DNA of 59,782 nucleotides, counting the filler, from Platydemus manokwari (lineage: Eukaryota): assembly GCA_037951405.1 (NCBI GenBank). It is 5 parts of 5 records of this genome, joined end to end, with 100 filler letters (N's around TTAATTAATTAA, not from the genome) between each part and the next. Parts side by side here need not be neighbours in the genome. Positions count along the whole stretch, not along the records: positions 11,649 to 27,892 come from JBBMOY011195876.1; positions 27,993 to 39,004 come from JBBMOY010978862.1; 3 more parts are not named here. One strand, 5' to 3'. Positions within the stretch are counted from its first letter, which is position 1. Each line of letters starts with the position of its first letter. The notes below the pieces were generated by a model that saw only the letters and a program-made list of their open reading frames with translations, was not told the DNA's origin and did not search any database. The position numbers and the translations under genes were made by a program. Positions 25,144 through 38,664 of the stretch are shown here, piece after piece.

Positions 25144-25699
25144 AATTGAAAGACAGATTTAAAATTTTTTTTAAATATTCTTACTATTTTTAATAGCCAT
25201 TGATTATTTAACTTTCAATATTTTTGAAAACAAAATCTTATTGATAAAGGGTGATAATCGATTTTCGTACTTAATAGGTTCCGAGATTGAAAATGGAAGT
25301 CGAAACGTGACATAAAAAAGAACAATGAAAAAAGAAGTATTTTAAAAACATTATTTTTCTAAAACATGTATTAACATGCATTGATAAATAAACATGTTAT
25401 TGATTATGATCTGGTGTTTTATTTATCAATTGAACTTCATTAAATTATATTACTCACAATTTTATCGGTTCATATTGATTTGATCTCATTGATAAATTCA
25501 CTACTAAATATGTGTGAAATATGGATTTGTATGACAATCAGGGACAGACTAAATATTTTAATCAATAATTAATTTTTTAAATGTTACGAAAACATTTTAA
25601 AATTTATATTAGCAACATTATTGAAACAATATAATCACCCTTCAAGAAAATATGCGACAAACAATTAACGTCATTGAAGATAAACATAACATAATACTG

Positions 25700-26005
25700 A
25701 TAAAATGCATGATAATAATAATCGTAAAAATAATTATCAGTATTTTAAAATCAACTGTGATAATAATAATGGCCATAAATAATTGTAACAGAAGAATCAA
25801 TAATAATAATAATAGTGAGAATAATAATAATAATAATGATGGTAACTATAACCACAATAATAATGTTATAATAGTCATAATACTCTTAATAATAATTATG
25901 ATAATGTCAATGATGATAATATTGGTGGTGATAATAATAATTGTAATAATAATGTTAATAATAAAAAATAATAATTATTATAATTAAATAAAGATGATAA
26001 TGATA
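25700..26005. repeat. degenerate (AAT)n microsatellite / low-complexity tract
   Basis: Runs of AATAATAAT with scattered substitutions. Confidence 0.85.
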
Positions 26006-26196
26006 TGCACACCATTATTTTTCAAACAGCATTTCAAGCAAAATTAGATTTCACCAAGAAATTTGATTGTAACCTCGACATCATCCCCTAAATATGGAAT
26101 TAAGAAATATATAAAAATTCCAATAACAAAATTAAAATTTCCCCAAAAGACTCTTATATATTAGGCAATATAATTGTTTATAAACTCAAAATTAAC

Positions 26197-26577
26197 TTTA
26201 AATTTAACGTTGTCAAAGTCCACTAGGTGAGGTGTATCACAAACCGAAAGAATTTCAATTCCTAATTGGCCAGAAGCGCCCATTCCAAATGTATAAAGCT
26301 CCCCTGATGCAGTCACAACAGCACTGTGCATATGACCACAATCACCCTGAGATGAATTTTTATTTTTAAAACACTGATTCCATTATTATTTATACCATAA
26401 TTGCACCTTTGCCTCTAAGAGTTTCTACTAACTTCGGCTTTTTCAAAGTGGTTGCATGTCCATGACCCAATTTTCCATAAGATCCTATACCCCAAGTGAA
26501 AACCTCTCCAAATGAAGTAATAGCCATGATATGACTTTCCGGACCACGAGATGCCGCTACGAAAGTTACTTTGTAAT
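26197..26577 (-). CDS. RCC1-repeat (RLD) exons, HERC1-like E3 ligase fragment
   Basis: Exons 26577-26396 and 26346-26197 (49-nt intron) encode YKVTFVAASRGPESHIMAITSFGEVFTWGIGSYGKLGHGHATTLKKPKLVETLRGKGAIM|GDCGHMHSAVVTASGELYTFGMGASGQLG. This resembles HERC1 RLD1 as I recall it (SSSKGSDGHTLAFTTEGEVFSWGDGDYGKLGHG). Neighbouring exons were not found. Confidence 0.78.
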
Positions 26578-27398
26578 CTGAAAATATTATGAAAACAAAT
26601 CCTTAAACAATTAATAATATATACCTATTAATATAAACCTATATAATATTATAACAATACGGCATATTATCTTTTAATAATACATATGTTTTCAAAAATT
26701 CATATATAAAAGATAGGGATTGAACTAAATAAATTAGGGGATTATTTAATGTAATCGTTTAATATTCAACAATACTTCTACATCAAAATTATTGATTTCA
26801 TAGTGTGAAGTTTATTTGAAGATACGATAAATAATTAAAATTTACGAACGATTAAAATTATTAAAAATTGAGCCAAAAAATATTTTTACAAAATTATATT
26901 AAAAATTCATATAGCATATCAATATTTATAAAAGGATCTTGCTTAAAAAATACTGTTAAACTCTCAGTTTTAAAATTATTATAATTATTAAAATTATTAA
27001 AGATAAAATTCAAATCTTTTACAAAAATAAGATGTAATATAAATAAATCTGGGCATATTTATATTTGGATGAAGACAAATCAGGTGGAAATAAATTTAAA
27101 TTTAATATTTAAAATTGTTTTGAAAATTGATGAATTGGCGAACAATTTTTTGTTTTATTGTGAACATGACTTTTGATTTGAATATCAAGAATGAAGAAAT
27201 TTCGGTAACTAACACCTGGACTGCAAAAATATCGGTGATTCAAGAAAATATGATGAAAATAAATCAGGAAATATCTAATATCAAATAATTGAGATAATTA
27301 ATGAATAATAGGGGCTAAATGATTGTCATCATAAATATAAATATTTCTTTAAATAAAATCGAAAATATTTCATTGATTGCAACCTTAGTATACCTGTC

Positions 27399-27710
27399 CA
27401 TTGTTGAGGAACTATATCACGGAGCCGACCAAATTTTATAAAAATATTCGGGACCGGAGCCAAAAGAAAACTTAAATATTGAAGCGACTCCTACCATTTA
27501 TATAACTGCTACCCAAGGCTTGACATAAGATTTTTCTTAAAGTTCAAACTATTTTTAAGGATATCTTAGCCCGGATGAGTGCTAAATAATCTAACTGGTA
27601 CACAACTGACTGTATAAAAAAATTTCTTTCAAAGTTATTTTAATATTTTTATTTAGTTTTATAATATCGGATCCGGAGTCACATTGATTTCGTTCATTCC
27701 TTCCAGCCCT
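27399..27710. mobile_element. possible degenerate hAT-type MITE
   Basis: Clustered GGAGCC/GGAGTC/GACTCC subterminal-type motifs and a right end TTCCAGCCCT in AT-rich context. The left end is poorly conserved. Confidence 0.3.
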
Positions 27711-27892
27711 TATGTTCATGCCTGAATGTATAAGATTTGAAAGCCTACGTTAATCTTTATGTATTTATAAATCATGATTTAATTCTAAATTATCTTTGTG
27801 AAAATATATAATAGAACATAATTTTGTATTGATCTAGATTAGACATGAATAATTCGGTAACAATGATTCGTAAATAATTAAAATTAATCATA

Positions 27893-27992
27893 NNNNNNNN
27901 NNNNNNNNNNNNNNNNNNNNNNNNNNNNNNNNNNNNTTAATTAATTAANNNNNNNNNNNNNNNNNNNNNNNNNNNNNNNNNNNNNNNNNNNN
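27893..27992. other. assembly gap with TTAATTAATTAA linker
   Basis: N44-linker-N44. Confidence 0.97.
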
Positions 27993-30900
27993 TGTTTCAT
28001 TATTCTATCTGTTCTCAAACCAATTTTATAACCTAGGAGACCTTATTTATCAATCGACCCTCGTATATAGGTTTGGGGATACTGAGGAGTAAATAATATT
28101 AGCAACTGATTTTTCAGCATTAAAACTACAGAGAATCATTTATAAGTATTTATTTATTTGAGAGCGAAATGTATAAAATGAGATTTTACAAAGTGAGATT
28201 TAAAAAGTCATGAAGAAGCTAATAGAAACGAAAATAATTTTCTGAAGAAAATTCAGTAAGAATTGAGCGAGAATTTTAGAATTCCCAGATGATTGGCCAA
28301 GACCCGTCATATTTGCAAATTTTCGCGATAAATTTAAAATTAATCTGACATATTTTGTGATAAATTTCATTGATTTTGATTACCGTGTTGATCAGAATCG
28401 TGATCGATTTCAACATATTTTCTATTAAATTTAATCAAATTCTCCTTAACTGTCTAATAGGCAACGAATGTGTTAGCCAATAACTATGTAAGAATAATCA
28501 AATAGCATTCTTGTATTTTTTTCACACATTTTCTCACAAAAATTTATTTATTGACTGACATACCCATCTCTCCTATCGATAATACCAAATTGTATTGTTG
28601 GGTAGGAAATAATCCTCAAAGAGTTGATACAAAAAATTCGATAAGCGCAGGTGCTAATAGCCAATTGAATTATTTCTATATATCAATTCATATTTAGAAC
28701 TTGATAATCAATAGGTACACACCAAAAACAGACTACAAACATCGAGATACGCTAATGGCATGAAATACAAGAAAATTTGCTAACAGCTCGTCGTAAAACG
28801 TTAAGGCTTGGGACATCAGGTGAATATATATGATAATCCTATAAAAGGTTTTAGATTTTAAGAGCAATTGCCAGTCTTTTGGTCAGTACCTCTTAATCTT
28901 TGTGACTTTTACTTGATTTTCTAACAAGTCTTTATGGTTGTTTTTCTTTCGTTGTTTAACTTACGGTTACTGATCCTACCTTGTGTTGACTATTCACTAA
29001 TTATTGAGCCTGATTTTGGACTGCCACTATTGACAATTTGGTTTTTGTAAACTATGGTGATCTTCAATTAAAATTTTGGTATATAAAGTCAGTTAATAAT
29101 CGTAACAGTATCAACGCAGCATATCTTCACATCTTGAAATAGTCATAGCCTCTATATGTTAATAACACAACTCTATCATAGCAGTTACCTATTCGAATTA
29201 ACTCGATTCCAAAATGTGAACTCAATTCCAATATCACAACTGTTGGGTTTTGTGTGGCATAAGATTTTGTTTTTTGTTAATGATCTGACTCCAAGATCTA
29301 TGGTTGTTGTCAAACTGCCGTAATAAGCGTTCTTTACAAATTAAAATAAATAAAGAAATGAATAAATATAATAATAAAATAAAATCAGTGATAATAATCA
29401 ACACTAAGGAATAATAAACAATAAATAAATGATAATAAATAATAAACAACAATAAATCACAAATAACAATAAAACATGATGCAAATAACCAGGAATTCGA
29501 ATTTTTGTAATTATTCGTGGGTTCTAGAATGCTGGAAGAGCCCTGTTGGTGCTTAAAAACGTTGAGAATAGTTAAGCACTAGGTGCGATCGTAACTGCGA
29601 GATTTGCGCAAGTTATTTATGGTTAAGTTGGACTGGATCTAAGTTAAAAAAATGTATAATTAATGATAAAAAAATAGAATTAAAATTAATGATATAAAAG
29701 CTTTAGATGGTCTTCGACCAGCCTAAAGCGTATTCAAATAAAAAGAATGTTTGCATTTTTCTGGGTGTCGCATTATTGTACTTGCTTCAACGGTGTAGGC
29801 AGCTTGGTACGTGAGTGAGCGTTATATCAAGTTGAATGTATGAATTGGTGCGAATCTATTGATTAATTTAACGTGGCGGTAAGTTTTTACGTGTGATTAG
29901 AATTTTCCGTGGGTTGAATTTATACTGGTAAAATTTTCTCTCCTCTAACGCGTAATAGCGGGTAATCGATTTTTCACGTGATGTTGTTTATGTGGTGCGA
30001 CAGCTTTTATAGCACTTTTACCTTGTGGAATATTTTTCTTTATTTTCATTTTTATTTTAATCTCATGTATTATTTGATTCTAAATTTACGTTATAGTACT
30101 ATGATGTGCTATTTTAAGTAACTGATATTTATTTAATCTATTTATAGAAACATTAAAATTTTGAAATAGAAACATGATTTTATTAAGATTCTGGACTAAT
30201 TTATGGACGAGTTAAATTTTTTAGTTATAATTAATTATCCCTTAATTGGAGTCTGGCCAGAGGTGGAGTGTTTACCCAACATAATCATCAATTCCAATCA
30301 ATAAAATAATCCAATTAAATTTGATTTGAGTTTTTTAAAGTCTTGCTTATCTTATTTATCTAAATAAGTACACTAATTATTATTATCATTATTATTTACT
30401 CATTGACGGTTTAATTTAGTATTAAATCCATTTATAATTGTAAATTTGAGCTTGAGTGATCATTTTTATCAATTGTGATCAGGACAGAAATGAAGAGGTT
30501 ATAAATAATAACGATTGATCAGAAATGATGTTATGAATGAAAATGTTGAAATATAATTTCGACAATTAAATAAAGGATAATAATAATCAAAACATTAATA
30601 AATATAATAATAATTAATAAATATAAGTAAACAGGAATTAATTAGAAATAACAAGCTTAATTGAGAGAAAATTGGTAAAATAAGTAAAAGCAAAACAATT
30701 TAGATGAAATAAATGATAGTGAGTCTCATAGCAAATAAAAATAGAGGCAAGATATTAAAAATACAAATGAAAAATATGACATATTTTTATGAGCAAATTG
30801 CAGTGGTGGAAATTCAAATAAAGCTTCATGTATATATAATACACGTTCGCAATTCATAAAGCACACACAACAAACATTTAACTTGTGAAGATTAGCCGAA

Positions 30901-31527
30901 CATTTACACGCGAACATCAAAAGTACTGTGATCGATTCTACTAACGGATTTGATAATCTTCATTTTGAGAACTGTGTTCTGGAAGATCAATTGGAGACGA
31001 CTTATAAATCAACAGCTAACGAAAAAATTATGCATAAATCAAGACATATTAATGATAAATAAAATAATAAAGAAACTGTTAATGAAGATGATTAATAAAT
31101 AGAATGTAAAAAATAACTGAGTGAAACAAGAGATAAAAATGTTTTGATAAAGCGGTAATTTATTTTTACAAACATTTCCTATATAATTCATGTATAAATA
31201 AATCACATTAATAACCATCTGTTTATTAACTGTTCTGTTACTATTTTAATTCATCTCTCATCAGATAGATTGGATATTTCATCAAATGGTTTATTATAAA
31301 ATCCATTAACTAATATAGAGCTTGAAGTATTAATCGTTAAATAATACGCCATACACATAGCCTTTATTAGACCCATTTCATGACAATTATCAACAAATAG
31401 TCTGAGTTTGTCAGAACAAAATCCATAAGGAATGAGCCTTGACGAACGAAAATAACATGATCATCTTGGATGAGATTTCAAACATCAAGGTTAGACTATA
31501 ATTCTATCCGCTCATTCTCACGGAACG

Positions 31528-31678
31528 CACTCCCCCATCTATACCCATACAAGCCACATACACACACTCCCCCATCTATACCCCTACAAGCCACACGCAC
31601 ACTCCCCCATCTATACCCCTACAAACCACACACACACTCCCCCATCTATACCCCTACAAGCCACATGCACACACACAC
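31528..31678. repeat. 35-37 bp C-rich minisatellite, 4 copies with variable (CA)n tails
   Basis: CTCCCCCATCTATACCCCTACAAGCCACA at 31530, 31567, 31602 and 31637. Confidence 0.92.
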
Positions 31679-31730
31679 AACCGTCACTGAATCACCCGCA
31701 ATCAATCAGCACACAAATCAAGACAGAACT

Positions 31731-32806
31731 TTATTTCAAATTAAAACAATTCGATTTTTTTCTCCAAACCAGATCATCTACCGATATTGTTTCGTCATCA
31801 GATTCATCTGTTGAATCGTCATCATCCCTAGCAACAGTTGCTGAGACACGGTTTTGTTTGATATGTTCAACCCGATCAATCAAATTATTAAACGAATTCC
31901 AAATATTTCTGTGAACAAAATCAATCAATAAATTGCGGGATTTTTAAAATTCAAATCTGAAAGAAAAAAGAAAAAAATCCTCACGATTCAGTGATGTTTT
32001 CGACAATTTGCAATTTCAACGCATCGTTTTGGCTTTCATGTTCCAGTTCTTCTTCATTTTGCTTCATAAAATCGATCATTAAGCCTTCCCAACAACACAT
32101 ATTCAATCATCTCACCTTACTGACAGCTTCAATCGATTTCATAAACAATTCATAATCTTCGTCTAATTTGTTCTTTGGGGTGACTTTTTTCGTTTTCAAT
32201 TCAACTGATGGATCATCAAAAAATCCTTCAGGAATGCTGGAAACATCGTTGGGTTTCTTTTCTGAAGGATTTTCATCGATTTCTAATGGATAAATCAAAT
32301 AAAAAATTGGTTGTTAATGTTATTTGCCTGGACATTCTGGCGATATTTCTTCATTATTTTTCACAATGCTTTCCTCAAATTTCACTGATTTCTTTTCGAT
32401 TACTTTTGTATCTCCTAATTTTGCTATTTTCGAAGGAATTTCTGACTAAATTACATCAATGAAAACGTTCACGGTACCATATTATTTAAAGATTAGATGA
32501 TCTCACTTTGTTAATTAAAATAGATTTCACAACTTTTGCATTGTTATTTGAATTATTATCCTACAGTTATGTCAAATATAATATTCGTATTGATATTTAC
32601 TTTTAATTTACGCTTTTTAGAAATATCAGTTTTAGCAATTTCATTAATGTTAGCACAAGTTTTACATAAAATAATTCCATGTCTAAAAAAATGTTTCAAA
32701 AAATTTAAAAATAAATTATATATCACTTTGAACAGATATTCGACTGAGCAAGCGTCGAACCTAATTTCTGTCGAAATAAAGACTTAACATCTTTAGAGGT
32801 AGACAT
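31731..32806 (-). CDS. ZNF830: ZNF830/CCDC16-like spliceosome-associated protein, 7 exons, about 251 aa
   Basis: Signature IPEGFFDDP..KNKLDEDYELFMKSI and acidic C-terminus ending DDLVWRKK. Exons 32806-32727, 32682-32601, 32560-32507, 32445-32328, 32282-32116, 32061-31985 and 31908-31731 total 756 nt, open from ATG to TAA. Intron 4 is GC-AG. Confidence 0.82.
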
Positions 32807-35800
32807 TTCAAAATCGTACACTTATTATTTAAACAAACACTGCATATTAAGATCTTCGAAAAAAATTATTAATTCGATATTTAATTATTTCATACAGTTT
32901 AGAAATAATACACAAAGTATTCAACAGCACCTTATTAAAATTTACATCATTTCGAAAATGATAAAATGCTTTTATCGGACATTTTAGTTTTAATAACTTG
33001 TAATTATCGAATTGAAAATGAATAAAATTTTGAACATGCTGAAAAATAATAATGAAAATCACAATCAAATTTCGACAAGTAATATGATAAAAATATTTTA
33101 TAATCGAGATATGTGAGAATTTTTTTGAGAGCTTTGAGTCCATTCAGTATAAAGCAGTGGATATTGTTCTTAGTTATAGCTTAAATATGTTTTATGAATT
33201 TCATTAGTTAATTATACCTTATGAGTTTCTGGGATATTATTCATTCCAATACAACCGAGATGAGTGACTATTTTACTAAAAATGAAGAGTAACTACTGGA
33301 TGAGCATAATCTTCTTATTAAAATCTTAGTAGAAAATTTAATTAAGTTTCGGCAATTCAAAATTAGTCCTTTTCTTAGAATTCTATCCGAATTAGTTCTA
33401 ATTATATAATTTTGGTTCCTTTGTACTATTGAGTGTGAATCGAATTTTCACTCGTGGGATTTTCTATATTTAATGGTAAATGCACATAAATGATAAATAC
33501 ATATATAGCCAAAATAAAGCTTAGCTATAGAACACATGGAAGATTCAAATTGTTTTATTAGTCGCACAAATGTTTCTTAATAGGCAACCATTTTCTAAAT
33601 TGATGTCCTAATACGCAATATAGGTCCGCAGGTGCCAAGATTAGATTATTGAAAATCCCATTACCTGAGCAGCAGGACCATTTGATTGTTGGGAGAGCGT
33701 TGGGCGGCTAATGCTGTACTCAGATAGTGAGAAGAACGAGGAAGACCCAACCCAATTCACTGTCAGTTCATATGGTGAACGAACGAACAAAAAAGCCGAA
33801 GAAAAATCACAGCAAGTAAAAATTAACGCCATCCCAACAACAACATCAAGAGACCCCATTTAAAAGCCTACTGCGCCTACCATTAAGAAACAAAAACCTA
33901 TCGTAGCAGTAAATTCAAACCAAAAATGGGAAACTTGGGATATGCGAAATTGGAACGTGGATTTAGATGTCTGATGGTCAGCGAGAATTCATAAGCATTA
34001 CTCCGAATTTAAATTCTTCTACAATCAGAATCAGCTCCACGGACAAACCGTAATATTGATTTAATAGACAAATTTGTGATTTTGTAATAACATTAATTGG
34101 CTATTTTTGACGACAATTTTGATGATAATCTTGATGACAACTTGAGCGTTTTTATATTTTGATATAACATTTTTATGATTTTTTGTATAAAATTGTGTTA
34201 TATATATGTTGGGTTTTGGGCTTATAGTTATTAATCCCAACACAAGTGAGTTCTTTAAAGCTGATTTGATTTAAATTCAAATCAACTCTCTCGATTATCA
34301 GTCTATTATTAACTAACAATGTAAAAATATATTATCGATTAAAATCACAACTATAAGAATTTGTAAGAACAATTATTAAATAATAAATCAAAAACTAAAG
34401 ACACTTTTATAAAAAAGTCCGCTATTGAAAATCAAAAACAAATTACAAAGTTTTCAGAATAATTTACAATTATTTGTTTATTAATAAATCGGATCAAACA
34501 AATAAATTAATTATTTTCAAACAAGAAAGATTTTGACTTGTGCAAATTATGGTATGGGATTGGCAGATTCGAATTTGACGAAACGACCTATAAGTAAGAA
34601 TAATATAGATTTAAAAATATTTTTATCTTTGCTTCTTCAGACGTCGCACCTTTGATGTTACACCGTATAAGCAGAGTATCCAATACTGCCAATTGTGTCG
34701 TAATTTAAGCTTGTGAATTTTTCGAAGTCTATGGATTCTTCTCCTAGAAACAAATACTGTAGTCGGTAGCTTTACTTTTTCTTTCGAAGTTATTCTTTCA
34801 AAAATTTGGAGCATTTAATTCTCAGATTTCTAAGTTTTAAGATTTTTCGTCTAGATTTTTGTGCGCGAAAAATATTGATTTTCGGTGCCTATTTAATAGT
34901 ATTTTAGAAGTTGAAAATTCGCTTTAGAAATTTAAAATATCTTTATTTTCCAACGTCGAAATTAAAATTATTTTATTTTTTCAAAAATTTAATTCTAATT
35001 ATTTTATTAATTCTATTAAATAAATTCTATTAATTTTAGACTTTTAGAAATTCTAACGAATTAATTTTATAATTTCTATATATTATTAGCTCACTTAAAA
35101 AATTTCTAAGATTCTATATAAATTAAATTTTTTTATATTACTGTTGTTTTGGACGCGCTATTTATTATTTTTGTTGTTCGATTTATTTTTAAGTTTATTA
35201 TCATTAAAAATTCTCATTAACTTTAAAATATATTTTTTAACAAAATACGTCATACACGGAATACAATATTTGGATACAATATACATTCAAAGAAGGATTT
35301 GAGAATTACATGATATAAGATACAGATTGAAGATAAAATCACGAAATTTTATGAATCAAATGTGAGTTTCTACAGGAATCCGAGGTCGTGTTGCTCGTCC
35401 AAATCTACACGTTTTTGCATTCCCAACCATCTGGAATTCTATTCTCTCGGATCTGCTGGGATCATCTGTTTTGATTGTGTCTTGGGGTTCTCTCCAGCCG
35501 ACCTTCTAGGGCTTATCCCCACGATAAACCGCCCCATCCCAGTTTGCGTATTGGTCAAGCTCAATTCTTTCATTGTTTGGGGCATTTGGGGCCATTATAT
35601 TTTATGTGCTCGGGGCATTGGAAGCTATATGATAAGAGGTCCTTGGGGCATTGGAAGCGCTTTCCCAACATTATTATTCTTATGTTCATTCTCATCGATC
35701 TTCGTTAGGAGATCAGTTGAGAAATATTAATAGCGTCTCCAAAAAGTCTTATTAGAATTTCTGGAATTTAAGATAATATACATCGAGATATGGCACTCAT

Positions 35801-38664
35801 ATTGTATATTCCGTCAATTCTTCACTGTTCAGATCACAACACTGTTTGTTATTATACTAAATGTTATTCTAATCAATATATTGTGCATTACTATTTATTG
35901 ATATTAGTAGCACATGCCTAATCATTTTTTAGTTATCAGATCCTTGGTGAAAATATCAATTATCGGTCTCGTACTACTTATAATTTATTAACGGTTTTAA
36001 TCATCGGGAATATTTTATTGATTTGGTTCTCTAATTTGTTTTGTTTATTTAATGGGACATCTCAGTTTTTCAAAAGATGATCATCATTATCATTATAGAT
36101 AATTGTCTTGACTGGTTTATGTGTTCTTGCAGAACTTTTGAGAACAATCAAGTTGTACATCATTATGTTGGATAGTTGTTTGTTTTAGTCTAGTAACCAG
36201 AAATAAAGCATAAAATTATTTAATAATTGAAGCGTATGTGTTTGTTGATTAAAATAGTTTCTAACCTTTAGATCTTTAATCAATGATTAGTACAACTATC
36301 TCTAATAATCTGCTGTTCATTATGTCATTTTCATCTATTAAATTAAAACCAAAGTAATTTTTATACTCGGTGCAGTAACTGAATTCGCACTTGTATTTGT
36401 AACAATATTGTCTTTCAATGAATGGTTACAATTTGCGATAACAATTTTAAAGCTTGATAATAATGCTTGTCAGTTCTCGTTTCCTCGTCCTCATGCTTTA
36501 CTTCCATGATGGTATTTGCCTCTTTGGTGGCTGACACTTTGTTGCTCTCTTTATTGGTATTTATGTCTAGGTTTTTATTGCCATAATCTGTTTGCCGACT
36601 TCAGTGTCATCGTTATTTATTACTAGTAAGTACCTCGTTATCTGCAATGTATTTGAGTCAATCTTTCATCTTATATTATGCATTGACATTTTTTCCTTTG
36701 ATTGTTACTCCTTTGAATACGCATATAATTTCTGAATGCCAAATTTTAGGAATTATAAGAGTTTGTTGATAATTTAAGTTCATAGTATAAATGCAGTAGT
36801 TATATATTTGACAATTTAATTTCATTTCTGGCTCCTTTAAAGAATTCAAAGCACGCTTAAACAAATAAAATAAATAATAGAAATACACAAGTATAATATA
36901 CAAGTTCATTAACAATAAAATTAATGATAACAATGCAATAAGAATTAATAAGTTTTTGTGAGAATGCAATCTCTCATGGGTTTTTGACTATCAGATGTGT
37001 CACATAAAATAACCGAAGACAACTTAAATGTGTTTTGTTTTTATGCTAAATTCAGTGCGAAAATTTTGGTGTTGATTAGCTACATATGTGAAATGTTGAC
37101 TTTTATCTCTGCGAGTCATTGCGATATGGCTGGCTTTATTTTCTTTTTTTTACTGAAATTGTCCTTGATTTCATTTAGAGTTAAAATTTGTGGGTCTTTG
37201 TCTCAACTATTATTGCCAGTATTTCTTTGCTTGTTTTTCACTGCTTTAAACATAATGGGTATATCGACTATTTTTGCACACATTTCTTAGTCACTGTCTA
37301 TATACTGTTGAGGTTCCGAGAAAATGACAATGAACATTTGTTGCATGCTTATGATACTGGTGTATAGTAGTAGTACTTTTTATTATTTTGTAAAATAATT
37401 CCGATGTGCAAAGCTAATCTTACTTTTTTATCTTGTCGTTTATTTTCTGAAGCAGAATAGTTAATGAATTTTAAACTCTTAACAAATTAATTCGGAGTTT
37501 TAGAAAAGAGTTAAAAAATCTTTATCATAAATTAAAATATTAAGTATTTTGGTTAATGATAATAATTGTAGTTAATTATTTTATCATATTTTAATATGAT
37601 AATAATTTAGTATAAAAAACTTAGTTTAATTTCTGGTTTAAATTTAGAATAAATTGGTAAAATAGAATTAATTTAAATGGAAATAAGTTAATTATTTTCA
37701 TTTTCTGCTTAACGACTAAAAAATCTAACTTTTAAAGCCCCTATTTTTCTGAAATTACCCGCTTATAAAAATAATACCAACAATAAAAACCCGCACGACA
37801 ACCAAAGCAGAGAGATAATTCTTTTGAATTGTGAGAATTCGTCAAAATAAAGAATAAAAGCCACCCGCATATTTTTATTCAGCCAGAATAAATTCTCATT
37901 GTTCACGAAAACGTACATAAAGCAGTGAAACATCAAATGCCCCGCCCTAAAACCACTAGAATAGTGTGTTGTGAAGATACATCAATAAGAAGATAAATTT
38001 CGCCTTCGAAGCAGTCAATTTGTCTGCAGCCGTTGTTCCAGTTTATGCCCTATAATTCTATAGAAAGAGTATTTAATAATACTATCCATCCGAAGACGAG
38101 ATCAAGTAAGAATATTTACTGTAAAATCAATATATCCTTATTTATCTTGCATATTCTTCCTATTTATCTAGCCGAGCTCGAAAAACCTCTGAAGAAAAGG
38201 ACACTGACCCAATAGCACGAAGGGTAACCGTTGTGCCCAACATCTGCTTCAATTGAATTTACACATCAAATTAGTCCATTGTATATAAGTAATGTTAAAA
38301 CCCATTGTATATTGCATTTATTGTAATAATTGCACAGTAAAAGTAGTAATTTATAGCCCCATAATTGTATAAAAGTAGTAATTGGTGTATAATTGTAATC
38401 ATAATAAACCTTCATAAACAAAAGTGGAGCTGACTTGTTGAATTGTTAATTGACATAAGGCATCATAAATTCATATAGTTAAACATCAGTATCATTCATC
38501 ACAGATTTGGGAGTAATTTTGTTGAGTGAACAAAAATAGAGACTGATAAACAGAGTGAGGAAAGTTGTGTTAAAATAAAAAAGATAAAGTTAAAATTCAA
38601 ATATCGATTTCTACGCCGATCCACTTATCTCCATATAAGTAGTGATCGTCTAGGCGAACAAATA

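Noticed and set aside
25652-25987. 111-aa Asn/Ile-rich ORF
   Set aside because: Translation of a degenerate (AAT)n microsatellite.
31470-31814. 114-aa ORF with PHLYPYKPHTH repeats
   Set aside because: Produced by the minisatellite plus the antisense strand of the last ZNF830 exon; the unit lengths of 35 and 37 nt do not preserve frame.
34540-34814. Basic 63-aa minus-strand ORF with nearby splice-like sites
   Set aside because: No recognisable domain, and no splice model gave a convincing open frame.
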